This document shows positions 12,292 through 22,080 of a stretch of DNA of 64,000 bases, piece by piece. The notes beneath the pieces were generated by a model, which was not told the DNA's origin, searched no databases, and was given only the letters and a program-made list of their open reading frames with translations. The stretch lies in the NCBI GenBank assembly GCA_035623075.1, contig DASPUC010000034.1, positions 3,095 to 67,094 on the forward strand. The letters are read 5' to 3'. Source of the DNA: Nitrospiraceae bacterium (GTDB taxonomy: Bacteria; Nitrospirota; Nitrospiria; Nitrospirales; Nitrospiraceae). The translations under genes and the position numbers were made by a program. The first letter of the stretch is position 1, and the number at the start of each line of letters is the position of its first letter.

Positions 12292-13635
12292 TTGCAGTTG
12301 CGATGGCATCAGCAGGTCGTCCTCGCCATCTTCCGCACGGGCTTCACTCTGGCCATCCTTCTGTTCGTGATCGTCTTGTTCCCGTTCTGGGTGCTCATCC
12401 CAAAACGACGGAAGACACTGTTCAAACGCCTCGGCTGGCAAGACTATCCCCGACGAGCACCGTCTTCCCCTGGACCGGTGTGGATCCATGCCCTGTCAGT
12501 GGGCGAGCTCTTATCAGCGGGAAGCCTCATCGAGAACCTGCGCCGTACGATCGGGGATCGGCCGCTATTCCTGTCGGTATCGACCTTATCGGCTTTTGTG
12601 ATTGCCACAGAGCGATTCCGTCGATTCTGTGACGGCCTGTTCTATTTCCCCTACGACGTCACCTATTCCGTGAGGAACTGCCTCGACAAAGTTGACCCGG
12701 CGCTGTTCGTGCTGGTTGAAACCGACATCTGGCCCGGGTTCCTCGCGGAACTCCGCCGGAGGGGGATTCTCTGCCTTCTGGTCAACGGACGCCTGTCCCC
12801 GGAATCGTTTCGCGCCTATCACTTCCTGCGGATGCTGTTCGAACCGGCGTTCAATACATTTCGGTGGGTCTATCCTCAGTCCTCTGGCGAAGCCGAGCGG
12901 TTTCTCGCGTTGGGGCTCGAACCGGCTCGGCTGCGCAGTGCGGGCAATCTCAAATTCGATGTGGCTCTGTCACTACCCGCAGATGAAGCATGTACGGCGC
13001 TTCAACAGGAACTCAACATCCCGCCTGGATCTCGCGTCATGATTGCCGGAAGCACTCATCCGGGAGAAGAAGACGTGATTCGTTCGGTGTTCCTTCGACT
13101 AAGAAAGGAATTTCCGCCCCTTCAGCTGATCATCGTGCCTCGTCGGCCGGAGCGAGGCGACGAGGTTGCGAACGTGTTTCGGAACGATGGTGTGCAGGTG
13201 GCGCTGCTCTCTCAACCAAAGAGCTCACCACCCGTGGTTGTGGTTGTGGATCGGATGGGCTATCTCAGTCGCTTGTACGCTCTGGCCGACATCGCGGTGG
13301 TCGGTGGGAGCTTCGTTCCCAAGGGCGGGCAGAATCCGATAGAACCGGCTGCCTGCGGAAAACCCGTCCTCTTCGGACCTGACATGCATGATTTTCCTGA
13401 CGTGTCCCGATGGTTGGTGGAGGCAGGAGGGGCTGTTCAAGTACGGAATGAGCAGGAACTATTCGCAGAGTGTCGGCGGTTGTTGGCAGACCCGCAACAG
13501 GCGAGGGTCATGGGAGACCGCGCCCGTGGCGTCGTGACGGCGAATCAAGGCACGACGGCAAGAATCGTCGCAGACATTACAGGTCTCGCGGCTGGCTCCT
13601 CCCCGCCATTGTCCTCATCTCTTTCAGGACTCTGA
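12292..13635 (+). CDS. waaA: 3-deoxy-D-manno-octulosonic acid (Kdo) transferase
   Basis: N-terminal membrane anchor, then VWIHALSVGELLSAGSLIENL (the HAxSVGE motif of KdtA/WaaA). C-terminal GGSFVPKGGQNPIEPAACGKPVLFGP. TTG start, exact start uncertain. Confidence 0.88.
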   Translation: MQLRWHQQVVLAIFRTGFTLAILLFVIVLFPFWVLIPKRRKTLFKRLGWQDYPRRAPSSPGPVWIHALSVGELLSAGSLIENLRRTIGDRPLFLSVSTLSAFVIATERFRRFCDGLFYFPYDVTYSVRNCLDKVDPALFVLVETDIWPGFLAELRRRGILCLLVNGRLSPESFRAYHFLRMLFEPAFNTFRWVYPQSSGEAERFLALGLEPARLRSAGNLKFDVALSLPADEACTALQQELNIPPGSRVMIAGSTHPGEEDVIRSVFLRLRKEFPPLQLIIVPRRPERGDEVANVFRNDGVQVALLSQPKSSPPVVVVVDRMGYLSRLYALADIAVVGGSFVPKGGQNPIEPAACGKPVLFGPDMHDFPDVSRWLVEAGGAVQVRNEQELFAECRRLLADPQQARVMGDRARGVVTANQGTTARIVADITGLAAGSSPPLSSSLSGL

Positions 13636-13730
13636 ATATTCTGACGGGAAGGCGGTGATTGATTGGGTGGCCGCTCCCCCGGTTGCAGATTCGTATGGGG
13701 GAGCGGGTCGTGATGAGCGGGAGGAGACGA

Positions 13731-14459
13731 TTAATGCGCCGGCATAACAATGCTGATGGCGCCGGCCAGATCTCCTTCATTCCAACCTTCTTTTCTCATC
13801 CCGGTGATGTCCCGTTCTCCCTTCGGGTTGCCGTGGCAGCTGAGACACGAGGCTCCGGCATATTCCGGCTTCATGACGCGAAGCGCCGGTTTCCCGTTCA
13901 CCATGCTGGTGCGGCTGACGACCTGTCCCTTGGGACTCTTCGGGTCCGCAAACACTTGGAGCACCTCCTGCTCAAAATCATCCGGCTTGTTGCCGTCATA
14001 CCGGTAGGCGACGCTGGTCAACTTCACCTGGATGCCCGTTTTCTTGTAGAAGGTTGCCCCGGTTCGGCGTGCGAAGACGGCGGGCAGGAACGCCTTGAAG
14101 CCGACCCCTTGCTTGTTGATCATCGGCTGGGCTCCGTCCATCACTTCTTTTTGCGATTCGAGCATGGTCTGTAGCAACTTGATCGAGGGATGAGCATTCG
14201 GGCCGAGCAGATCGACATTCGTTTGCTTCTTAAACCGATCGGCGATCTGACCGGTCACAAATTCGGCGGTGACACCCTTGTCGCCCTTTGCCGGATCGTT
14301 GATCAGGGTTTGCTGCTCCGAGATTACGCCACGGCCGATTTCGACCATCTTAATCAGCAGCTTGGCTGTCTCAAGATCCTGATCGGCCCGTGCCAGATTC
14401 GGGAGGACAAGAAACAGTCCGCTCAACAGACTTCCGAGTACAATGGTTGTGATTCGCAT
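13731..14459 (-). CDS. Periplasmic c-type haem protein, DUF3365 (Tll0287-like) family
   Basis: Signal peptide MRITTIVLGSLLSGLFLVLPNLARA. A single CLSCH haem-binding motif near the C-terminus (SCLSCHGNPKGERD), as in DUF3365. AGGAGG RBS before the internal ATG at 14459; the ORF extends to 14555. Confidence 0.7.
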   Translation of the reverse strand: MRITTIVLGSLLSGLFLVLPNLARADQDLETAKLLIKMVEIGRGVISEQQTLINDPAKGDKGVTAEFVTGQIADRFKKQTNVDLLGPNAHPSIKLLQTMLESQKEVMDGAQPMINKQGVGFKAFLPAVFARRTGATFYKKTGIQVKLTSVAYRYDGNKPDDFEQEVLQVFADPKSPKGQVVSRTSMVNGKPALRVMKPEYAGASCLSCHGNPKGERDITGMRKEGWNEGDLAGAISIVMPAH

Positions 14460-14698
14460 CGCCGCTGAATCCTCCTGTGTTCGCCCGGTGAGTGATAGGT
14501 GCGCCCTGACATTCACCGACGCAACCTCCTGAAAAAGTTTGATTGGATCGATCAAAAGCCCGCGCCCCTACGAGTATAGCAGGCGATAAAAAACTGTCTT
14601 GTCGGGGAGGCTGTGATCGAATGGGCAGGTCGATTGGGGCTAGAACAGCGAGGGGAGGAAACGTATTAACTTATTGTAAAATAATAGGTTCCGTCGCC

Positions 14699-15073
14699 TC
14701 ACGAGCCGAGATGCTGGATCGCGACCGCTTCGACACAGACACGGAGGGGAATATTATCAGGGTTGCGCAGGACCTCAATTTGCGCGGTTATTTGCACACG
14801 ATCGCCCTCTCGGAGCGGTTCAACCAGGCGATTGGCCCGACGGATGGCCACCTCGATAGAGCCCGTGTCATCGGCCAACACAAACGCGACGCTCCCACAT
14901 TTCCCGCCCATCTGTTGCTGATGCCGCCGAGCAAGATGCACGACGCCTTGAAGTGTGACAACCTCCAGGTTCGACGACTCCACCGTCGAGCGCAGGCTCC
15001 CGATCGACATTTGACCGTGGGCCTCCGTCATCGCCAGCAAGAGCATCAATAGCACCCAGCGGATCGTCCACAT
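14699..15073 (-). CDS. Secreted small protein, possibly bacterial OB-fold (BOF/YgiW-like)
   Basis: Signal peptide MWTIRWVLLMLLLAMTEAHG and an AAGGAGG RBS 8 nt upstream. The fold assignment is an impression only. Confidence 0.5.
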   Translation of the reverse strand: MWTIRWVLLMLLLAMTEAHGQMSIGSLRSTVESSNLEVVTLQGVVHLARRHQQQMGGKCGSVAFVLADDTGSIEVAIRRANRLVEPLREGDRVQITAQIEVLRNPDNIPLRVCVEAVAIQHLGS

Positions 15074-15198
15074 GGAAGCATCCTCCTTCGATCCTAGTCT
15101 AGCAGACAGGCCGAGGAGTCTGAGAATGACATGTGTTCGTGGTGGCTTCCAATCTGTGCGTCGAAGGGCGACTTCCCTTTTGCTAAGGCACCTCCAGC

Positions 15199-15597
15199 TT
15201 ACGGGTGAATCTCCTTGGTACGGTGTTGCCGGTCTCGCACCACGAGCGAGGGCTTCCCCTCTTCGTCCACACTCAAGACGAGCCGGGTTTTGCCATCCAC
15301 ATCGCGCACGGCGAGACCGGTCTCAGACGAGATGCCGATCCACACCCGGTCGGTGTCGAACTCATCCTTCAATTGAAAGTAGGGCTGCCCTTCATCTGTG
15401 ACATCGAGTATGGCCCGAATGTGGCCCTTGGCATCGACGAGGCAGAATTCCTGAGCGCTGATTATTTGAGGAATGTCTGAGGGCGTGGGCTGGGCGATAA
15501 CCGAATTCCCCACAAGAAGGAAGGTTCCGAAAACTCCTCCGACCAGACCGGACATCAGACTCAACACGACAAGCAACCGAGGATTCGCGTTCAGCAT
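15199..15597 (-). CDS. Membrane-anchored hypothetical protein
   Basis: Internal ATG with an AAAGGAG RBS. N-terminal TM segment (LLVVLSLMSGLVGGVFGTFLLV), followed by repeated D-x-x-G-x-x-R-x-x-L beta-like segments. Confidence 0.5.
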   Translation of the reverse strand: MLNANPRLLVVLSLMSGLVGGVFGTFLLVGNSVIAQPTPSDIPQIISAQEFCLVDAKGHIRAILDVTDEGQPYFQLKDEFDTDRVWIGISSETGLAVRDVDGKTRLVLSVDEEGKPSLVVRDRQHRTKEIHP

Positions 15598-15707
15598 GAA
15601 AACTCCTTTCCGCGAGATATTCATTGGTGTGGCACGATGCCTCATCATTCTGATCTCCGCCACTCCTCTGGCAGCCATGACTTACTTCTTTTTTCGCTGT
15701 TCTCGCC

Positions 15708-15890
15708 CTAACCCATCGCGGCCCAGATTTTCTGCGCGTTCTCTCCGGTGTACGACACTTCGTCAACCGTGGTGCCCCGCTCGAAATAAAGACGCAGCAC
15801 GCCTCCCCCGAAATGGGCCTGACGGACCAAATCGAGATTGATCGCCGCATCCCCCGGACGGTCTTCATCTTTCACTTTGACGAATCGCAT
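15708..15890 (-). CDS. Small hypothetical protein (60 aa)
   Basis: Strong AAGGAGG RBS 9 nt upstream of the ATG. No recognisable family. Confidence 0.45.
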   Translation of the reverse strand: MRFVKVKDEDRPGDAAINLDLVRQAHFGGGVLRLYFERGTTVDEVSYTGENAQKIWAAMG

Positions 15891-16066
15891 CGGTGCTCGC
15901 CTCCTTGAATGAGTGTTGCGGATTGCATTGTTATGAAACCAGCCAACCTATTCCGAGAACAAGGTCTGATCAAACTATGCGGGGAGGAACCATGAGTCAA
16001 GAGGAGGGAAGGACTCTTTTTGAGGCGTGGATACCAGAGACACGCCACTCGTCCACCGAAGAGTCA

Positions 16067-16621
16067 TCAACAGCGAAGGACTTTCGTTTCTCTGGTATCA
16101 TCTCTCACGATGACGAGGAGACACTTTTCTGACGAACGACTCGAAGACTTCGGGTTAAACGAGACCGTCCACTCTCGATTCTGCGGATCGAAGATTACGC
16201 TGTTCAGGTCATATTCATCGAACGTCTTCCCTTTCTCCTTCTTCGCTGCATTCTTCGCCAGTCGCACGACCTCAGCCTGCAGCAAGATCGCCTGACCCAC
16301 CCCGCTCGAAGACTGCGCTAGCAGCCGAGGGAGACGGTTGTGTCGCTCCATCTCACGTCCCGACAGCGCCATCAACGCCGTGCCTCCTTTTGTAAATTGT
16401 TGATTCCCGAAAGCACTCGCGTAAGCGCTGTATGGTAAGCCACAGCCAATTATGACGAACAGCACACAAATAATGATGGTGTGAGATACGCTCTTATCGG
16501 ATTTCTTGTGATGTCCTGTCACGTTATCCCTATTATTTCTGAGAATGGAAGTGGGCGCAGCCCGATCTGTCCAATTTTCTGTATAATAGCCTTGTCCATA
16601 ACTTAAGGAAACTCGCGTCAT
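16067..16621 (-). CDS. Hypothetical lipoprotein; start uncertain
   Basis: Lipobox-like FVIIGCG after a hydrophobic stretch. The local region is AT-richer than its surroundings. No family recognised. Confidence 0.4.
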   Translation of the reverse strand: MTRVSLSYGQGYYTENWTDRAAPTSILRNNRDNVTGHHKKSDKSVSHTIIICVLFVIIGCGLPYSAYASAFGNQQFTKGGTALMALSGREMERHNRLPRLLAQSSSGVGQAILLQAEVVRLAKNAAKKEKGKTFDEYDLNSVIFDPQNREWTVSFNPKSSSRSSEKCLLVIVRDDTRETKVLRC

Positions 16622-16953
16622 GATGCGTAATTAGGCCTGGTACGGGCGTTCGAACGAGAACAGATCCGTCACTCTCCAGTAGATCATCAGCGCAATCTCA
16701 AAATTGTGGAAGCCTTATTCGAAGAAGCGCATCTCCTAGGTGTATGGCCGCCATCAGACCCACTTGAAGGAATCGACGTGGATATTCGCCTCGCAAAGCC
16801 CTTGAATGCTCACAGAGCTCCTGATACGTGCGCATCGGCGAAGACGGATACCAATACACCGGCCGGCTGATTCGCTCATTGCTGGCTGAATGGCTCACGC
16901 CACCATCGAGCCATTCTGAGTTTGCCATCTCAAGCTGTGTTACACTGCGCTCA

Positions 16954-17307
16954 ATGTCGAACCGGGCTGATTCTACCCCTACTCCTTCTCTAAAGTTGCT
17001 TCCTGCTTATCTTGGGACAAGCTCCATCGAGAACGCGCTGGCCACCGCCCGCGGCCGCCGGATTCTCTGGCTTGAAATTTTGGTTAATGATCAGCTTGAT
17101 CCAACTCCGTGGCTCGAAAACCCGGCGTTTCGCCAGGCATATCAGATTGCATGCCGGTGGTATACCCAGTACCGAGGCTTGCTCACGTATTTATTCGACC
17201 GGGCTCCCCTCCCTCTAGACGCTGCTCCTATTGATTTTCGAGACTACCGGGCATTTGCAAAAGCCTTGTACTTTGTGGCTCATCGTGACCAGACAAGATG
17301 CTCTTAG
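16954..17307 (+). CDS. Hypothetical protein (weak call)
   Basis: Open frame with an internal ATG at 16954. No RBS or family recognised. Competes with a minus-strand ORF at 16698-16928. Confidence 0.3.
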   Translation: MSNRADSTPTPSLKLLPAYLGTSSIENALATARGRRILWLEILVNDQLDPTPWLENPAFRQAYQIACRWYTQYRGLLTYLFDRAPLPLDAAPIDFRDYRAFAKALYFVAHRDQTRCS

Positions 17308-17391
17308 TCGATGTTGGTTGTACCACCGACTCTGAATGCCGAAAGACTGAACGGCTAATTCACTCGTTATTGATTGACCGCTTACTCCATC

Positions 17392-18393
17392 ATGACGCAC
17401 CTCTCTCGACGTCGTTTCCTCACCGCCATCGGTGCTGCTACAACTTGGCTGGCTGTGCGACCATTTACCGCGGTTGGCGGCATTCTCGATAAATTGTTCG
17501 GGCACAGAGAAGTCAAGCCGACTCCGCCCATTACGCCTAACGAGGACTTCTATGTGACGTCGTACCGCAGCCCGCCCACGGTGCGGGTCGCCGAGTGGTC
17601 GATGCGTATCCTTGGTCTGGTCGAGCGACCGCTCACGTTGGACTACGCGCAGCTTCTCGCCAAGCCGACCGTTTCGCAGATCGTGACGCTCGAATGTGTC
17701 GGAAACACCGTGGCCGATGAATACATCAGCACAGCGGAATGGGAAGGCATCCCCTTGCGTGCGCTCTTGGATGAAGCAGGCGTGAGTCCCGATGCTTACG
17801 ATGTGGTCTTTCGCGCCGCCGACGGGTATTCAGACAGCATCCGGTTGGACCGCGCCATGGCCGGCGACGTACTGCTTGCCCACAAGATGAACGGTGTGCC
17901 GTTGCCGCAGGGTCACGGCTTTCCCGCACGCATGATCGTGCCCGGTGTCTATGGGATGAAAAGCGTGCAGTGGCTCACGGAAATCGAGGTCGTCGATCAG
18001 GACTATCAAGGGTATTACCAGCAGAAGGGTTGGTCGGACGAGGCCACGATTAAAACGATGTCGCGCATCGATGTGCCGGGACATGGTGCGACTCTCCACG
18101 GTCTGACCCATCTGGTGCAAGGCCTCGCCTTCGCGGGGACGAGAGGGATTCGTCTCGTCGAACTGAGCATGGATGGGGGCGCGCAGTGGCACGCCGCCAC
18201 ACTCACTCCTCCGCTGTCTCCGTCGAGCTGGGTGTTGTGGAGTTTTGAATGGGCGGTACTGAATGCAGGACGTTATGAGTTGGTCGTGCGGGCGACGGAT
18301 GGGTCAGGAAAACTTCAGACGTCGATTGAGCAGGACCCAGCCCCCGACGGCGCGACCGGCCTGCACAATATCACCGTGACGGTCGATCTCTAG
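17392..18393 (+). CDS. Sulfite-oxidase-family molybdopterin oxidoreductase, TAT-exported
   Basis: Twin-arginine signal MTHLSRRRFLTAIGAATTWLAV. Mo-ligand cysteine context TLECVGN, GFPARMIVPGVYGMKSVQWL, and a C-terminal Ig-like dimerisation domain. Confidence 0.82.
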   Translation: MTHLSRRRFLTAIGAATTWLAVRPFTAVGGILDKLFGHREVKPTPPITPNEDFYVTSYRSPPTVRVAEWSMRILGLVERPLTLDYAQLLAKPTVSQIVTLECVGNTVADEYISTAEWEGIPLRALLDEAGVSPDAYDVVFRAADGYSDSIRLDRAMAGDVLLAHKMNGVPLPQGHGFPARMIVPGVYGMKSVQWLTEIEVVDQDYQGYYQQKGWSDEATIKTMSRIDVPGHGATLHGLTHLVQGLAFAGTRGIRLVELSMDGGAQWHAATLTPPLSPSSWVLWSFEWAVLNAGRYELVVRATDGSGKLQTSIEQDPAPDGATGLHNITVTVDL

Positions 18394-18400
18394 GATTGCG

Positions 18401-19264
18401 TCATCGAACGACGAGGACTGAGCAGCTGCTATGCTGGACCAGCTTCGTCGAGACACTGCCTAACAGAAAGCGCGCGACCGCTCCCATCCCCTTAGCCCCG
18501 GTGACGATCAGATCGGCTTTCTTCTGAGTCGCGACTTTCAAGATTTCTTCGGCGGGCTTTCCGAGGCGGAAGGCTTCGTCCACCACAAATCCGCCTTTGA
18601 TCAATTTGTTCGCCGTCTGTTCCACCAACTTCACTCCGGCCTGTTTAATCTCCGGATATTTGAGGAACGGCATGATGTGGACGACATCCACCTCGATCGC
18701 CGTCTGTCCGCCGTTCTGGCCCAGCACATTTGGCCGCAGCCTCTTCAGAAGAAAGTCGAGCGCCTTCTCCGAAGACTTTGAGCCATCGGTCGCGAACACG
18801 ATGCGATTGAGCATGCGAGCGTCTTCCTTCACAACCAACACTGAACAAGGCGCATGGGTCGTCACATGGGTAGAGACGCTCCCGAGCATGAAGCGATCGA
18901 GTGCATCGAGGCCCCGGCTGCCGACGACGACCAGCCCGTCGCGCTTCGGCGCACGTTTGAGGATACTGACTGCCACGGCGCCCTGCTCTTTGACAACCTT
19001 GCCTTTTATGTTGAGTGAGGCCAGGACGGTTCGGGCCTCCGCGACGGTTTTCTTCGCTCGCTCCTCCAACCGCTGGATTTCCTCCCGGATGTAGCGCTCG
19101 TTACCAGCCATGACCGGCTGCACCATGAACGGAGCACGCAACGCTGCGACATCGACGACGTGCAGCGCGGTGATCTGAGGCGGAGCCGCAAACGGCATGT
19201 GCGCGATCCATTCAAGCCCCCAGCGCCCGAATTTTGATCCGTCAATAGCCACCAGGACTTTCAT
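18401..19264 (-). CDS. Universal stress protein with tandem UspA domains
   Basis: Two repeats each ending in GSRG/G-x-G..GSVS..V....CSVLVV (MLGSVSTHVTTHAPCSVLVV and LLGSVSTKLVQHSSCSVLVV). Confidence 0.85.
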   Translation of the reverse strand: MKVLVAIDGSKFGRWGLEWIAHMPFAAPPQITALHVVDVAALRAPFMVQPVMAGNERYIREEIQRLEERAKKTVAEARTVLASLNIKGKVVKEQGAVAVSILKRAPKRDGLVVVGSRGLDALDRFMLGSVSTHVTTHAPCSVLVVKEDARMLNRIVFATDGSKSSEKALDFLLKRLRPNVLGQNGGQTAIEVDVVHIMPFLKYPEIKQAGVKLVEQTANKLIKGGFVVDEAFRLGKPAEEILKVATQKKADLIVTGAKGMGAVARFLLGSVSTKLVQHSSCSVLVVR

Positions 19265-19316
19265 CGTCCCTATCCTTTCGTCAACTCACTCAGCCGCTCT
19301 TGTCCGACTCCCCGAC

Positions 19317-20600
19317 CTATATAACAGAATTGAACCGCGTGCGAAATACCTCGGCCGATACCCCCACCACCGAGGCGCATCGTGTCATCGTCTCGCCATC
19401 GGCCAGGTCGTCCTGAGACAGGCGGATCATGTACCGGCGTGCGATCTGGTAGGACTCCGACTCGACATCCACCATTCGGACCTTCGCCCGGCCCGTTGAC
19501 GGGTCCAACATCTCTTTGAAAGGGATCGGTGTGAATCGACCCTGTTGAATCGACACCATCGCCGCGGTGCCACCGTCGAGCAGATACTGTGCGGCACAGT
19601 ACCCGAGATCGCGCGTGTATTCCATGTCGAACGGAATGGGATCGGCACAGCGCAATTCGTATCCGATGTTCTTGGACACGATGGTGGTCTTGAGATTGAA
19701 GCCCGCCAGCACTTTCGCGACTTCCCGTTTGAGAACCTCTCCGATATCGACTTCCGAGAGCCGAATGTGACCGTGCTGGTCCCGCTCTACGTGATCCAAC
19801 CCGCCCAGACCCTGAGGATCGAGCACTTCGACCAGCCCTTCGGCCAAGATGGCAACTCCGTCGAGCCGCCCCTCGCTGGCCCGTTTGATCATGGCCGCCG
19901 CCAACGTATCGACCAATCGCGCCAGCTGCACGGGGCGCTGGCGAAATTCCTCGGGAATGAGCGTCAGTGTCGCACCGGCGGCTTTCCCGATCCCAAGTGC
20001 TAGGTGGCCGGCTTTCCGCCCCATGGTCACGACGAAGTACCAGCGGGAGGTCGTCTGGGCATCGACCATCAAATTTTTCACAATGCCCACGCCTATATGG
20101 CGGGCCGTCTGAAACCCGAACGTCGGAATACTGTAGGGAAGATCCAGATCGTTGTCGATCGTCTTCGGGACATGTACGACCTGGAGGCGGCCCGCCGCCT
20201 TTTCTTCCACTTTCAGCGCTGAAAATGCCGTATCGTCCCCGCCGATGGTGATCAGCCTGGTGACACCGAGGCCGGTCAAGGTCGACACAACCTTGTCGAG
20301 ATGCTCGGGTTTCTTGGTTGGATTCGCGCGCGAGGTCCCGAGCAATGAGCCTCCACGGAAATGAAGGCGACTGACGTCCTCGATTGACAGAGGCCGCACG
20401 CGACTCGTGTTTCCTTGCATCAGCCACTCGAAACCGTCGAGGAAACCGAAGACCTCGCATCCGGCCAGAAGACTCCGAATGGTGGCAGCCCCGATGACGC
20501 TGTTGATGCCGGGGGCCGGCCCACCTCCCACGAGAATTCCAACGGTCGTTCGGGGCTGCTTCACGACTCCCTCCCTTGGTCGGCCCATGACACTCTCCAT
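19317..20600 (-). CDS. pfp: Phosphofructokinase, PPi-dependent type
   Basis: TVGILVGGGPAPGINSVI and ITIGGDDTAF. GGDDT rather than GGDGS is the classical PPi-PFK signature. The start could be 20588 instead of 20600. Confidence 0.8.
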   Translation of the reverse strand: MESVMGRPREGVVKQPRTTVGILVGGGPAPGINSVIGAATIRSLLAGCEVFGFLDGFEWLMQGNTSRVRPLSIEDVSRLHFRGGSLLGTSRANPTKKPEHLDKVVSTLTGLGVTRLITIGGDDTAFSALKVEEKAAGRLQVVHVPKTIDNDLDLPYSIPTFGFQTARHIGVGIVKNLMVDAQTTSRWYFVVTMGRKAGHLALGIGKAAGATLTLIPEEFRQRPVQLARLVDTLAAAMIKRASEGRLDGVAILAEGLVEVLDPQGLGGLDHVERDQHGHIRLSEVDIGEVLKREVAKVLAGFNLKTTIVSKNIGYELRCADPIPFDMEYTRDLGYCAAQYLLDGGTAAMVSIQQGRFTPIPFKEMLDPSTGRAKVRMVDVESESYQIARRYMIRLSQDDLADGETMTRCASVVGVSAEVFRTRFNSVI

Positions 20601-20982
20601 CTCTCAACTACGACCGCATAGACTAACGCACGAGGACCATTCCATTCAGAACTCTGCCTGGCGCCATCACAATGAAACTATTCACCAGATTGTCCACTAG
20701 AACCGCCGCGGCCGTCGTCACCTTCTTACGGTTCCTCCACGACGAGGGTCGGCTCCAAGAGATTTCTCCACGCTTGTCCTCAATAAGGAGGAGGCAGGTC
20801 AATTCGCTGACCTTCCCCGACGGCGCCGGCCTCCATATCTTACCCGGAACCCTTGCCTACACGCCATTCGGAAACTCGAGCACTCGTATCGGTCAGGGGC
20901 TGGCCCGATGCCGATCGCCGGCAGGGGCATGAGGTCGTACTTCGTAGGCAGAGGCCGGGGCGAAAGAGTAAGATACGGCGCA

Positions 20983-21927
20983 ATGACGATTTCAGCACAA
21001 TTTCCACAGGAACAGTCCAGCGAAGGTGAATTCATCCGACAGGAGGATGCCTTTCGTGAATGGGTCACGGCTGATGGGAGTTCCGATTTTCCTGCTGCCA
21101 AGGGGCGTTACCACCTCTATGTGTCATGGGCGTGCCCGTGGGCACACCGCACGATCATCGTGCGAACGTTGAAGGGACTTGAAGGTGTCATCGGCATGTC
21201 CGTCGTGGACCCGATCCGCGATGATCGAGGCTGGGCCTTCCGCGAAGGGTCCGGCCACACCCTCGACCCCATCAATGGATTTCGGTTTCTCAGCGAAGCG
21301 TACCGCGCCACCGATTCACAGTATCGGGGACGAGTGACCGTCCCGATCCTCTGGGATACGGTCCGCAAACGCATCGTGACGAACTCCGACGACGATCTCA
21401 TGCGTATGTTCAACAGCGAATTCGAACGGTTCTCCGGGAGTACGATGGACCTCTATCCGGACCGGCTCAGGAAGGACATCGACGCACTCAACGCGTTCAT
21501 TTACGAGAACGTGAACGACGGCGTCTATCGGGCCGGCTTCGCGACATCACAACGCGTGTATGAGAAGGCCGTGCGACGTCTCTTCGACGCGCTCGATCAG
21601 CTCGATGCTCGCCTCACAGACCGACGATACCTCTTCGGACCGCAATTCGTCGAAACCGATTGGCGATTATTCGTGACGCTCATCCGCTTCGACGCCGTGT
21701 ACCACGGCCATTTCAAGTGCAACATCCGGCGGATTATCGATTACCCGAATCTTTTCGGCTACCTCAAGGATCTTTATCAAGTCGACGGTATCGCCGACAC
21801 GGTCAATTTCGACCACATCAAGCGCCACTACTACATCACCCACGACGACATTAATCCCACCGGGATCGTGCCGGTCGGCCCTGAGCAAGATCTCTCGGCA
21901 TCGCATGGCCGCGAGGGACTGCGATAA
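20983..21927 (+). CDS. Xi-class glutathione transferase / glutathionyl-hydroquinone reductase (YqjG/ECM4-like)
   Basis: GRYHLYVSWACPWAHRT contains the Cys-Pro-Trp-Ala active-site motif of Xi GSTs. The ORF opens at 20908; the ATG at 20983 gives a normal N-terminus. Confidence 0.85.
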   Translation: MTISAQFPQEQSSEGEFIRQEDAFREWVTADGSSDFPAAKGRYHLYVSWACPWAHRTIIVRTLKGLEGVIGMSVVDPIRDDRGWAFREGSGHTLDPINGFRFLSEAYRATDSQYRGRVTVPILWDTVRKRIVTNSDDDLMRMFNSEFERFSGSTMDLYPDRLRKDIDALNAFIYENVNDGVYRAGFATSQRVYEKAVRRLFDALDQLDARLTDRRYLFGPQFVETDWRLFVTLIRFDAVYHGHFKCNIRRIIDYPNLFGYLKDLYQVDGIADTVNFDHIKRHYYITHDDINPTGIVPVGPEQDLSASHGREGLR

Positions 21928-22080
21928 CCTTCTACGATCGTTGTTAGGTAGGATTTGCGCTGGCCAGAGAATTAACTGCCTATTGCAGTGGCGAGAGTAC
22001 CGTCTTTCTTGCGCTTCCCGCAGAGAAGTGGTCGTCAGCTACGAGACCAGCCCTGTCTGGTACCTAACGCTCAGACTCAG

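Noticed and set aside
16698-16928. 76-aa minus-strand ORF competing with the 16828-17307 ORF.
   Set aside because: No RBS or family features. Neither ORF is strong, and only the plus-strand one is kept, at low confidence.
19270-20607. 445-aa minus-strand ORF in another frame over the PFK gene.
   Set aside because: Arg/Gly/Ser-rich with no motifs, whereas the 19317-20600 frame gives a textbook PFK.
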